From: Hydrolagus colliei
Taxonomy: Eukaryota
Assembly: GCA_035084275.1 (NCBI GenBank)
Contig: CM068746.1
Span: 14,632,001 to 14,696,000 of the forward strand
DNA: 64,000 nt
Direction: 5' to 3'
Below, piece after piece: positions 12,332 through 25,123 of the stretch; the stretch's first letter is position 1; each line of letters starts with the position of its first letter. The translations under genes were made by a program, and so were the position numbers. The notes below the pieces were generated by a model that was given only the letters and a program-made list of their open reading frames with translations, did no database searches and had not been told where the DNA came from.

Positions 12332-14359
12332 TGTATGTATGCTCAGCTAACGTATGTTTAGCTAAATTAGGTTTTGTTGGATGTGATCTATAAGGATACA
12401 GTCAGGCTACAACAACATCAATAGGTTGGAATTCAAGATTAACGAAGTTCACTGTGGTTCACCTGCTGCAAAAATTAAGCCTGTAATGTAGCAGGTGGCT
12501 CAAGCTACATCTATTATCACTTAATTGGTAATGTCCTTTCCTGCTTGCACATTTATTCAAGTTTCCCCAGATACAACGCAAAATTGTAGAGGAGCAGCTT
12601 TACATTGTAGAAAGGCGGCATATTTCAGAGTAAGATTATTAGCTCAATTTAAGACATTTCAGAACAAAACCATTGGAACGAGTGTGAAATTACGAAACAC
12701 GAAAAGGCAATTTGTCCCATCAAAACCTCTGCTTCCGCAGAGTAAGAGTAACCTAGTCTAGAGATGAATCTACACCGTCCATTCTATTGGAGGAAAAACC
12801 TGTTAGCGGAGTCTTAACGGTGACGGTTGACTTGGTTTAGCTCTACTCTGCTCCAATAATCTGCCTTAATTCCGATTTGAAAAGATTCGAAAGAATACAG
12901 CGTTACCCTTTCTAAATGGTTTCCAGATTGAGCTGCCTCAATATCATCCACTGAGCCTCCTAAAGAAATTCCACAAAGCGGAGTCCTCAAGCATGCATCA
13001 CTTGCGGTGGTGATTACACTAATTACTACCTCACTGACTGTTTGCCTCCTTACTAATTGTGTTTTACTCTTATATTCACTCCTTATCACAGCTGCATACC
13101 ATCTTCAATTCAAATGGTCACAAATAGCAATCGTGACTTTCCCTTGTGTGTTGATACTCAGTCTCCAGGTTAAGGAGATACAGAACCCAGTGATCCTCTT
13201 TAATTAAAACATTTCATTTACATTTGAACAGCATGTCTCTAACACGCTGGATGTTGTTGTGTGTTAAAGGTATTGTTTATGTAACATAAAAATATGAATA
13301 GAATGAATAAATTCATAATCCAAATCTACATCTTTAAATTAATAATATAGACCTATAGAACCACAGAAAGTTAGAGCGCAGAAGAAGTCCATTTGGCTCT
13401 TTGTGTCTGTGCTGTTCAGTCAAAAAGCAACAGTAAAAATGGGTTTTCACCCAAATTTTATTTTTATAAAACAAATTTGCTTAGTGTATTTGGGGTCTAT
13501 AATATTGTGCACAATATTGAAACTTGCCTCTCTGCACTGACTGGGGATGAGTACACAATGCAAAATGTGTGGAGTACATCGCACATGCTGGTTCCAGAAA
13601 TGTGTGTGAATCACAAGGACTTCAGGACCACAAGGCCAGCCAGGTGAGGTTCAGGACACACACACAAATCACATTACATCGTCGGTCGGTCGGTCTGTTC
13701 GTCATCCGAAAAAACAAGATCAGCCTTGTTGCCTCAATCTGTGATTTTATCCAGTTGAAAATAATGTATTGTTTTTTCAGTAACTGGCTTGTCTACATTT
13801 TTTCCTTCACATTTCAAAATACATCCTGATTTTCTCAGAATTTGCCCAGATTTTTCTGTGTCAAATTTTCTGCTCAGCTTTCAACAGAACCAAAATATCC
13901 CCAAAGATCTGAAGAATACTCCAGTTTTTATTCTGTGGACAAAGAATGTGAATGGTAAATGCTACATGTTTGTTACGCCAGATTTTAATTTTAGGAAAAC
14001 ATTCTTATGATGACAGTAGCTGTGGAAAATCCCATTGGAAATTTGAGCCTGGGCTGAGGAAAGTGTACTGTCCAGCCATGTAAAGAAATGTATCCTACAT
14101 GTGGTTGGAAGATTGATGTGTCAGCCACATCAGGAAATCACATCTGTCAACATATCACAACACTTAACAACTAAACCAATGCATTGTCATGGGATTAAGT
14201 CTCATTTGTATTGTTTCCTGTTAAAGCAAAGAAGTATCGCCTTTAATTTATTTGAATAAAGCACTGATATGGATCTTGAACGCACAACCTTCGAACAGGA
14301 GTGCAAACAACTGAACAAGCTGCCTCCTGTTCTACGATGATGTTCCAAATATGGACTCA

Positions 14360-14916
14360 CTAAGAGGGGTAGACGAGCAGTGGGAGATCTACAGATTCAA
14401 ATCTGTAGATCATTAAAATCAAGTGTGCAGTAAGAAAGATATCAATGATGTCAAGATGATGGATGTTAATAAAGCAAATGGAATGCTAGCTGTTATTACA
14501 AATAGTTTTATTACATAAAGGAGGTGGTGAGTAGGTGCTTCTTGAGGTATATACAACACTGGTGAGATCTCACAGGGAATACAATGTTCAGTTTGGGTAC
14601 CCAGTCTCAGGAAAGATATAGTAGCCTTAGAGAGCATCCACCAAACATTCACTAGATTGACATCTGGGTTGAATGGCCTTAGTTTGATGGGAGACTGGAC
14701 TATTCCTCAGAGCAAAGAGGTGATTTGTTTGAATTACTGTATTTAAGCTACTGGATGGAATTTATAATAATGACAATCCTTGCATTTGATACAGTGCCCT
14801 TCATGTTGGGAGTACACCTCCAAAGTCTTCACAGGATTCAATGTAAAATGCAGCGACTGTGTGTTTTGTAATTGAATTAGTCAGGTAGTAGATATTTCTT
14901 CCCTCTGGTAAAGGGA
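14360..14916 (+). mobile_element. Old CR1 fragment interrupted by a SINE tail (about 14765-14870), cut at the duplication junction
   Basis: aaagcaaatggaatgctagc, tgttcagtttgggtaccca, aggaaagatatagtagccttagagagcatcca resemble CR1 ORF2. Confidence 0.7.
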
Positions 14917-17900
14917 CTCTATTTCATCTGACCCACACGCTCCCTCCACTCCCTCCAGATGTTTCTCTTAGAGGGTATGTGGCCCTCAAAAGTCAAAAGG
15001 TTGAACCATCCTGCCATATGGTTACAGACCACTGTTAATGAAAGATCTCTTCTCAGCCTTGAGCAACATTCACTCTTAAATGGCTGAGGTCGTAGCATAG
15101 TCACAGCCATTCCACATTAATAATAATAATCCTTGCATTTGATATAGCGTTTTTCACGCCTTCTAGACGTCTCAAAGCACTTCACAGAATATACTTTTAA
15201 GGGAATTGACTGTATATTTTATGGGTGAAACGTGGCAGCCATAACGCACAGGAGTGTCCCACAAACAGTCGTGGATATAAATGACCAATTTATATAATAA
15301 TCCTACATTTGATATAATGCTTTTCATGTTTTCCAGATGTCTCAAAGTGCTTCACAGAATATACTGTAAAGTAAATTGACTGTACATTTTGTGGGTGAAA
15401 TATAGCAACCAATTGCTCACAGCAGTGTCCCACTAACAGTCTTGGATTGAGTGAGCAAATTATTAGTGTTTGTGTTTTTTTCATGAGAGATTATTATCAG
15501 GCGCTTGGGATAAGGAAACTTGCCCAAGGTTTCACCCTGTCGGGAATCGAACCAAAGTGTCTCACTTGCGAATCGAGTGCTCTAACCACTGAGCTGCAGC
15601 ACTCCTGTATGTATGCTCAGCTAACGTATGTTTAGCTAAATTAGGTTTTGTTGGATGTGATCTATAAGGATACAGTCAGGCTACAACAACATCAATAGGT
15701 TGGAATTCAAGATTAACGAAGTTCACTGTGGTTCACCTGCTGCAAAAATTAAGCCTGTAATGTAGCAGGTGGCTCAAGCTACATCTATTATCACTTAATT
15801 GGTAATGTCCTTTCCTGCTTGCACATTTATTCAAGTTTCCCCAGATACAACGCAAAATTGTAGAGGAGCAGCTTTACATTGTAGAAAGGCGGCATATTTC
15901 AGAGTAAGATTATTAGCTCAATTTAAGACATTTCAGAACAAAACCATTGGAACGAGTGTGAAATTACGAAACACGAAAAGGCAATTTGTCCCATCAAAAC
16001 CTCTGCTTCCGCAGAGTAAGAGTAACCTAGTCTAGAGATGAATCTACACCGTCCATTCTATTGGAGGAAAAACCTGTTAGCGGAGTCTTAACGGTGACGG
16101 TTGACTTGGTTTAGCTCTACTCTGCTCCAATAATCTGCCTTAATTCCGATTTGAAAAGATTCGAAAGAATACAGCGTTACCCTTTCTAAATGGTTTCCAG
16201 ATTGAGCTGCCTCAATATCATCCACTGAGCCTCCTAAAGAAATTCCACAAAGCGGAGTCCTCAAGCATGCATCACTTGCGGTGGTGATTACACTAATTAC
16301 TACCTCACTGACTGTTTGCCTCCTTACTAATTGTGTTTTACTCTTATATTCACTCCTTATCACAGCTGCATACCATCTTCAATTCAAATGGTCACAAATA
16401 GCAATCGTGACTTTCCCTTGTGTGTTGATACTCAGTCTCCAGGTTAAGGAGATACAGAACCCAGTGATCCTCTTTAATTAAAACATTTCATTTACATTTG
16501 AACAGCATGTCTCTAACACGCTGGATGTTGTTGTGTGTTAAAGGTATTGTTTATGTAACATAAAAATATGAATAGAATGAATAAATTCATAATCCAAATC
16601 TACATCTTTAAATTAATAATATAGACCTATAGAACCACAGAAAGTTAGAGCGCAGAAGAAGTCCATTTGGCTCTTTGTGTCTGTGCTGTTCAGTCAAAAA
16701 GCAACAGTAAAAATGGGTTTTCACCCAAATTTTATTTTTATAAAACAAATTTGCTTAGTGTATTTGGGGTCTATAATATTGTGCACAATATTGAAACTTG
16801 CCTCTCTGCACTGACTGGGGATGAGTACACAATGCAAAATGTGTGGAGTACATCGCACATGCTGGTTCCAGAAATGTGTGTGAATCACAAGGACTTCAGG
16901 ACCACAAGGCCAGCCAGGTGAGGTTCAGGACACACACACAAATCACATTACATCGTCGGTCGGTCGGTCTGTTCGTCATCCGAAAAAACAAGATCAGCCT
17001 TGTTGCCTCAATCTGTGATTTTATCCAGTTGAAAATAATGTATTGTTTTTTCAGTAACTGGCTTGTCTACATTTTTTCCTTCACATTTCAAAATACATCC
17101 TGATTTTCTCAGAATTTGCCCAGATTTTTCTGTGTCAAATTTTCTGCTCAGCTTTCAACAGAACCAAAATATCCCCAAAGATCTGAAGAATACTCCAGTT
17201 TTTATTCTGTGGACAAAGAATGTGAATGGTAAATGCTACATGTTTGTTACGCCAGATTTTAATTTTAGGAAAACATTCTTATGATGACAGTAGCTGTGGA
17301 AAATCCCATTGGAAATTTGAGCCTGGGCTGAGGAAAGTGTACTGTCCAGCCATGTAAAGAAATGTATCCTACATGTGGTTGGAAGATTGATGTGTCAGCC
17401 ACATCAGGAAATCACATCTGTCAACATATCACAACACTTAACAACTAAACCAATGCATTGTCATGGGATTAAGTCTCATTTGTATTGTTTCCTGTTAAAG
17501 CAAAGAAGTATCGCCTTTAATTTATTTGAATAAAGCACTGATATGGATCTTGAACGCACAACCTTCGAACAGGAGTGCAAACAACTGAACAAGCTGCCTC
17601 CTGTTCTACGATGATGTTCCAAATATGGACTCACTAAGAGGGGTAGACGAGCAGTGGGAGATCTACAGATTCAAATCTGTAGATCATTAAAATCAAGTGT
17701 GCAGTAAGAAAGATATCAATGATGTCAAGATGATGGATGTTAATAAAGCAAATGGAATGCTAGCTGTTATTACAAATAGTTTTATTACATAAAGGAGGTG
17801 GTGAGTAGGTGCTTCTTGAGGTATATACAACACTGGTGAGATCTCACAGGGAATACAATGTTCAGTTTGGGTACCCAGTCTCAGGAAAGATATAGTAGCC

Positions 17901-18190
17901 TTAGAGAGCATCCACCAAACATTCACTAGATTGACATCTGGGTTGAATGGCCTTAGTTTGATGGGAGACTGGACTATTCCTCAGAGCAAAGAGGTGATTT
18001 GTTTGAATTACTGTATTTAAGCTACTGGATGGAATTTATAATAATGACAATCCTTGCATTTGATACAGTGCCCTTCATGTTGGGAGTACACCTCCAAAGT
18101 CTTCACAGGATTCAATGTAAAATGCAGCGACTGTGTGTTTTGTAATTGAATTAGTCAGGTAGTAGATATTTCTTCCCTCTGGTAAAGGGA
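14917..18190 (+). repeat. Tandem segmental duplication, copy 2 (3,274 bp)
   Basis: Junction AAGGGA|CTCTATTT at 14916/14917; unique sequence resumes at 18191. Confidence 0.97.
15118..15605 (-). mobile_element. Duplicated copy of the tandem SINE pair
   Basis: Matches 11844-12331 at +3274. Confidence 0.88.
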
Positions 18191-18478
18191 TTTATTACGG
18201 TGCGGGGGGCATTGCCTTAAAATCAGAACAAAGTCAGAACCTGAAATCAGGAAGCATTTCTCCACACCCAGAGAGTTATGAGGATGTGGAAATCTCTGAT
18301 ACCCAGAAACGGAATGTTTTAACAAGAACAGGCAGAACCATGAGCAGTGGAGACATTAAGGAGTTTGGTGAAAGGGCAGAATATTGGTGTTAAATATCTG
18401 CCAAGACCTAATAAACCGATGGAACAGGTCTGATGAGTTGAATGGTCTCCTCGAGTTCCTGTTTTCCTTTGTTCCTAG
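17634..18478 (+). mobile_element. Old CR1 fragment (duplicate copy) continuing into its 3' end
   Basis: Continues past 18190 with gaaatcaggaagcatttctccacac...gttgaatggtctcct...gttcct. Confidence 0.7.
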
Positions 18479-19490
18479 GCTGTGGTGAAATGTTCACCTT
18501 CCCAAAAACCTAAACTCTTTTTTTGCGAGTATCACCATTAAATTCACTGGCATTTAGATGCAGCTTTGCAATATTAATTTGAAGGTCTGACATTGTGTTC
18601 CAGAGCAAAAAGAAAGAAAAAAAGTGAATTATGACACTGGTAAAAGAGGTAAACATATACTGTAGTAGGTCTGGCTGCGACAGATATGATCACCACAAAA
18701 GGAATTAGAATGATTTTTCTTCTGATTCAACCATGCTCTCCTACAGCTAAGAGAAAGCAATGAGTGATTTCTCTGTTTATGTCAAGTACATTCAGCTCAT
18801 TAAAAGGTTATGAAAAATCAGTTTGTACAATCCTAGGGGGGCCCTAGGAAATGCTCATCTATCCTCACTTAAATAAAGAATATGCTGCCACATAATGCAA
18901 GAAAAAATATGTTAGGTTTAAATCAATGAAAACAATATTAAATTTATCATATTTTTTATTGCAAGTCAACTTGTTTCTTCACAGGATCCTTTTGTTTCTA
19001 ACGCAATGTGTTGCAATTATTTCTCATGTTCCACAATTATCAATCAAAAGAACCATTTGAGGTACATTTATGAGTTGCCCATGTCCCAGTTTAACTGTAA
19101 CTTTTTGTTATTAAAAAATAATCCTGTGAGTTTGTTCTCTGGGGATATTTGTTCTCTCTGTCAGCAGTGATAAACTGTTGTGATATTTCACCCTCAGCTA
19201 GAATGTCAAATGTCTTGCTTATCTGAACCAAACTGTGTGTGCTTCCTCACCATAAAGCAACACTGCACAGTGTATTGAGATAGACCAGTATTTATTCTAA
19301 ACTGAATCCATATACAGCAAAATTATGTGGTAGAATTATTAGATTAAAATGAGGGGAAAAAAGACATTATATATACCCCAAGGCATGAAATTCCACCCAA
19401 TTTTAGAGATTATTTTGTCTTGATATTTATCATTACTCAGAATTGTGGAAGAAAATAATTAAATTCCAAGTTCATTTGGAAGCAGATTTT

Positions 19491-19798
19491 ATAATAATAA
19501 TAATAATCCTTCCATTTGATATAGCGCTTGTCACGTCTTCTAGATGTCTCAAAGCACCTCATGGAATATACTATAAAATTGACTGTATATTTGTGGGCGA
19601 AACACAGCAGCCAATTGCGTCTAGAGGTGTCCCACAAACAGTCGTGGCTTAAAATGACCGATTTGCTATTTTTTTTTGAGGGATTATTATTAGGCATATG
19701 GAATAAGGAAACTTGCCCAATATTTTGCCCTGCCTGGAATCAAATCCAGATCTCTCACTTGTAAGGTGAGTGCTCCAACCACTGAGCTACACACTCCA
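19491..19798 (-). mobile_element. Full-length tRNA-derived SINE
   Basis: Tail, Deu-like block, CORE-like block, tRNA head. Confidence 0.9.
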
Positions 19799-19984
19799 CA
19801 TTTTCCACAGTTGTTAAAAAGAAGTAGCATCCATGTTAGGATTTTTCCACAATGCTGTGCCATCCAAAATGTTGGGAAAAATGGTCTTGAGTCTTTGACT
19901 AGGTGCGATTTTGTGCCTCTCAGGTGCACACTTTCACTTGTAAAACACAGTCACTCCACTTTACAATACAATATATCCTTTAAG

Positions 19985-20299
19985 ATCATTCAGTACTCTA
20001 CAGCTCGTATACTCTCCCGTACCAGGCTTCGCGACCACATCACTCACACCCTCGCCCGTCTCCACTGGCTCCCCGTCACCCAGAGGATCGAATTCAAGAT
20101 CCTTGTCCTCACTTTCAAGGCCATTCACGCTACCCCACTAACTCCTGCCCCTCTACTTCCCCTTCCCCCTACTTCGACCCTCCCCCATCCCCCAAACCCA
20201 CCCCCCCCACCCCCCCACTCGAGTCCCGACCAGACTGTTCAGCGCTCTGGGACGTCCTCCCGACATGAAAGGCGCTATATAAATGCAATTTTGTTGTTG
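19985..20299 (+). mobile_element. L2 3' fragment (subfamily B) with internal deletion
   Basis: ARILSRTRLRDHITHTLARLHWLPVTQRIEFKILVLTFKA; tail gggacgtcctcccgacatgaaaggcgc. Confidence 0.9.
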
Positions 20300-20361
20300 T
20301 AAGCGCTCTGAGACGCCGGCTGGCATGGAGGGCGCTATATAAATCAAAGTTGTTGTTGTTG
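20300..20361 (+). mobile_element. L2 subfamily A tail only
   Basis: gcgctctgagacgccggctggcatggagggcgctatataaatcaaag(ttg)n. Confidence 0.85.
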
Positions 20362-21567
20362 TATCCTGTGAACCTTTTGGGATGTCCTGCTGACATGAAA
20401 ATTACATCACCAAATGCAAGGATTATTGTTACACATAATATTACCATAACTGATTACATAAGGACCAATATTAGGATTGTTTTACTACATTTGCATAGAT
20501 CTGCCAAAAGTTCACTTATTTTCATATTAAATAAATGTATTTTGCTGCATTTTAATGTACCGCTGCTCCTTGTTTGTTGCAAGAATCACACCTTAACATT
20601 TTTTCACTGGTATAAGCACGGATTAGAAAACAAAGCACATTCAACTTTTTCTAAATAATGTTGTATTTTAAAAAAGCATTATTTTGAATGAAATATTTAT
20701 CTGGTTGCAAATTCAATTTGTAGATAAAAAATATTATTTATTCAAACAAACTGAATGTTGTGCCTGCCCTCTCTCTTATCGTGGTTTGTCAACAGAATTT
20801 GTAAGATAATAATGTTTCTTACTTTGAACAGGTCATCTGTAAATAGATACTATCAATTAGAGGCAGGCAGGATGCTGCATGCCTGCTGACTACTGGAAGC
20901 ATCAGCATTACTCATAAGTTGATGCCTTCAACATTACTCTGGCTTAGAAAATACCCGAGGAAGGTTAAGAGCAGTTCAGTCCCTGAGTTGCCAGCAAGTA
21001 AGCCTCTGGGAGAATATCTTTCAGATTCTTCATGGCATCCATCGGTAGCCAGGAATGATTATGTAAGTGTTTTTGCTTAAGATTCATTTTGGGAATCGAT
21101 ATCTGTCATGACTTCATCACTTTAGGTTTGCAAAGGCTTGTTTTAATAACAAACCCACAGAATAAAATGTATTCTGGTTGACCACTAACCTGTGACATGT
21201 GTTTTGAATAAAACATGGTGTTAACAAAAATAACACCTCTATGAAGAATGTCCTTTGGGGTTTCTAGAGCCCAGCAGGCAAATTTCTTGGCCAGCAATGG
21301 CCAAGTACTGTACAATAGCTGGTATCTGAAACGGTCTTATTTGCACTGACCATCTGAAGGTGAGAAATAATTCATTAATGTCAATTAGTAAAGATTAACA
21401 TGTCCATAAGTCATTGTGCTTATTTAGCTTGTGGATAATGAGTCATATGGCCTAAAAAGAATGATCACTCTCCAAAAGGTAGGAATTAAGAGTGTTGCCT
21501 TTTGTGACTGGAGCTCAAACCCAAATTAAGGACCTTTCTCACAAATTGAGATCTTTTATTCATGCCT

Positions 21568-21847
21568 TGGATGAGACGTTAAAACAAGGTCCAGTCTATG
21601 TATTCAGGTGGATGTTGAAGATTACACAACACTATTCGACAAGTAAAGGGAGCTTGTTCTGATATCCCGGCCAACAATCGTCCAGATAAAATTGGTCATT
21701 CACTTTATGGCTGTCTGTGGGACACTGGTAGATACAAATTGGCCACTGCATTTGCTGCAAATAGTTCTAGTTGCTAGAATTCACAGCAACGTTGCAAAAC
21801 ACTTTGAGAAGTTAGAGGCACCATTTCAAATGCAAGGATTATTATTA
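21568..21847 (+). mobile_element. Old SacSINE1/AmnSINE1-like DeuSINE relic
   Basis: ggatgagacgttaaaacaaggtcc...tcaggtggatgttgaagat...ctgtctgtgggacac...aaattggcc resembles the recalled Deu-domain consensus. Confidence 0.7.
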
Positions 21848-22560
21848 AAAAGACAAGACTCCAATGCTTGAATAGTGCTTCCAGATGTAAATCTGTGTGT
21901 AGCCTGTAAGGACCAATGTACTCAGTAGCTTAGCAGATTTGATTAGTAACCTGGTGGAGAGAATACTCATATTCTGCTGCTTGTGTAATGTTATTAAATA
22001 TTATAATTAACGCCTAGAGTACTGCAGATTGGATTACTTGTTTCAGCAGTGTGCAGCTCCCTATCCCGCTGTTAAGTTATCTTAATTGGCACACAGGCTA
22101 GTTTAAATAATTCTTAGTAGGGTCCAATATTAATACTTTGACTTGACCATTCAGAAGATACCATCAGGTCAAACCATAGTCTCCTGATTACTTTCAAAAC
22201 CAGCATTGGAGTTTTCTATATAGCCATTTAGGAATTATTTTAAAGATGTATGGATCAGAGAGGAATCCAGCAGTTGACGATAGAGCTTTTGAAAAACTAT
22301 TATTGTGTTTGGTTTCTGCATAACCAAAGTTTCCATTGCAGATTGTTATTCCCTTCAACACAGTAAATTACTGATGGTAGCTCTTTGCATATGGACAGAC
22401 AGATAGACAGCCATATAGATATCAGAGGTGGCATCAGGTACCACAGGACTTAACATTACAGTACTAATTAATATTGACTTAACAATATTAAGCACAGTAA
22501 TATTGTATGTTGTTCATCATCAGCTCAAATGTAATGGAGGGGACAACAGCTGAGGGTAGA

Positions 22561-22843
22561 TGGAGTCCTGTAGCTCAGTGGTTAGAGCACTTGCCTTACG
22601 AGCGAGAGATCTGCGTTCGATTTTGGGCAAGTTTCCTTACTCAACATGCCAAATAATAATCACTCCAAAAATATAAAACAATAGCAAATCAGTCATTTCA
22701 ATCCAAGAGTTTGTGGGAGACTGCTGTGCGCAACTGGCTGCTGCGTTTCGCCCATATATATGTATATACAGTCAATTCACTCTTCAGTACATTCTATGAA
22801 GCGCTTTGAGACAAGCGCTATATTAAATACAAGGATTATTATT
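22561..22843 (+). mobile_element. tRNA-derived SINE with small internal deletions
   Basis: tagctcagtggttagagc A box, gttcgatt B box, Deu-like block, tail. Confidence 0.9.
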
Positions 22844-23114
22844 AATACAACACTAAACAATAGATACAATAAAAATAATTATGAATGCATTTGATATTGT
22901 GTTTTAGCATATAATAATGCCCCACAAGCGCCACACGATTTTACTGTATTTTGTGCAGTAATTGTGTATTTGTAGGCAAATTTTACAATGTAAAAATCTG
23001 TAAAAATCAGTCTGTTGAAGTGGAAATCTCAAAGCAGACTCCAAACTCCAGATTCAAAAGTAAGTGAATCTAATTTTCAAAATCAGTAAGATGAGTACCA
23101 TATCACACATTGGT

Positions 23115-23395
23115 ATAAATCAAGACGATACAGAGGAGGGCCACCAAAATGATTGAGGGAATGGAGGGACTTCTATGTCCCTCTATGTCCCTCCTTCTAT
23201 GAGGAGCAACTAAGTTTTCACTGGAAAATAGAAGATTGAGAGGCAACATGATTCCTGTCTTTTAGATTCTAAATGAATTGGACAATATAGATCATGACAG
23301 CCTGCTTCAACTTGTCCAGAATAGTAAAACCAGAGGATATAGATTGCGATTGAAGGAGGGGAAATTCAGAATGAATCTACACAAACACTATATCA
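23115..23395 (+). mobile_element. Old CR1 fragment (outer host of a nested cluster; resumes about 24168-24232)
   Basis: cagaggagggccaccaaaatgattgagggaatg...agaagattgagaggcaacatgat...accagaggatatagattg. Confidence 0.75.
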
Positions 23396-23415
23396 GTATT
23401 CATTGAACATATTCA

Positions 23416-23885
23416 CCCACATACTCACCTGCACCAAACTTCGCTCCCTCATTACCCCAGTCCTTGCCAGACTTCACTGGCTCCCTGTCCCTGAGAGGAT
23501 TGACTTCAAGATCCTCACCCTTGTTTTCACGTCCCTCCACTCCTCTGCACCCCCCTACCTCTCTGATCTACTCTCTCCCCAAACCAGCACCTGCTCGTTT
23601 GCTCCACCGGGTCTGGCCTCCTCCATGTCCCCAGAATCCTCCGCTCCACCCTCGGCGGCCGTGCCTTCAGCCACTATGCCCCAAGGCTCTGGAACTCCCT
23701 TCCTCACTCCCTTTGCCTCACCCCCCCTCTCTTCTCAGTTTCAGGTCACAGCTAAAGACCTTTCTTTTCGACTGCGCCTTTGGTCACCTTTCTACCCCTG
23801 GCTTGGTCCTGGGATCCGCTACTGTGAAGCGCTCTGAGACGCCGTCTGGTGTGGAGGGCGCTATATAAATCAAAGTTGTTGTTGT
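23416..23885 (+). mobile_element. L2 subfamily A 3' fragment
   Basis: LARLHWLPVPERIDFKILTLVF; (GTT)n tail; TSD TATTCA 23410-23415 / 23886-23891. Confidence 0.93.
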
Positions 23886-23891
23886 TATTCA

Positions 23892-24166
23892 AGACTGAGA
23901 TCGACAGTTTTTTAAAAGCGATAGGGATTAAGGAATATGATATAGGGCAGCAAAATGAAATTAGGATAGAAGATCAGTCATGATCTCACGAAATCATGGA
24001 GAGAGAGCTGGGCGGGTGGGATTTCAAAGAGCCAGCACAGACTAGATGGGCCGAATGGCCTCCTTTTGTGCCGTAAAATTATTTGATTCTATGATTCTAT
24101 GAAATGGCGGGGTAGGCTCGAAGGGCCAAATGGCCTACTTCTGCTCCTACTTCTTATTTTCGTATG
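23892..24166 (+). mobile_element. CR1 3' end containing a second, nested CR1 3' end (23995-24100)
   Basis: Inner element ends (GATTCTAT)n with TSD GAAAT 23990-23994 / 24101-24105; outer ends ggccaaatggcctacttctgctcct. Confidence 0.85.
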
Positions 24167-25123
24167 AGCGAATAGTGAACAGGCTCCCTCGGGTGACGGT
24201 TGATACACTTCGGGTTCTTTTAAACATAGATTACACCATTTTTTTTTAGGAAAAGTTAATTTTAGGAAATAACCTTATAGGATATATAGTAGCTAGGTAG
24301 TTCGGGACATATGTACATGCGACCGCCAGGAAGGTGGAAGGAAGGTCTCATCAATAAGAGTTGGAGATGTAGATATGTCTTCAAGCACGGAAGCCAAAGT
24401 CCTGATATGTACAGTAGTACTAGCTGGACAAGTGCCATGAAATGTATCTGTGCTTTCAGCTCATAAGCTCATATTCCCAAGCATACCATTTTATCCTCAA
24501 AACACTTAAAGAGATAAATCACACTTTATGTGTTCCTTAAAATTCTCTGATAGCCAACGCAAGTGAAATGTAAGTGAATTTCAACTTTCCTTTTACCTCT
24601 TTGCTCTCAAGATTTGATTTGTATTAAATAAAATGGAATGTTCGCAATCATGCCATAGAAAGAACACTGGAATTCCTACCATCTGTGGCATTACAGTACA
24701 TGTTAGCATGAGGGTGAGTTGATATATTTTTAATGCTACTCTTCTTAGGGAAAATACACAAGTTATTGAGGTCTGATGCCCTCAGTGAATAAGTACTTGG
24801 GTAAGATATGACTCTCAACCTAAATTTCAAAGTGAGTTTATTCCCTAAAATCAGGAAATTAAATGAAACTAAATAACTGCATTATGAATAGGGAAGGAAA
24901 TTATGTTCATACATCAACAAGGTCATTTCTCCCATCTGCATTTTAAATAGGATACAACTGTCAGAAAATATAGTTATCTAGATAAGGTTAAACGAGTCAA
25001 ATTAAAGTTAAATTAAAATTCGGACAAAAATAAAAATATAAAGAGGAGTATAGAATGAGAGAAACATGAGAATGATGAGTAGAACCGAAGCATTTAAAAT
25101 GTTTTATTGTGTTTCAAGTACAG

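Larger units (their letters stand above)
11643..14916 (+). repeat. Tandem segmental duplication, copy 1 (3,274 bp)
   Basis: All ten ORFs recur at +3274 with identical translations; segments compared by eye are identical. Confidence 0.97.

Noticed and set aside
19766-20302. 178-aa Pro-rich ORF
   Set aside because: Runs from a SINE head through unique DNA into an L2 relic and its C-rich 3' UTR
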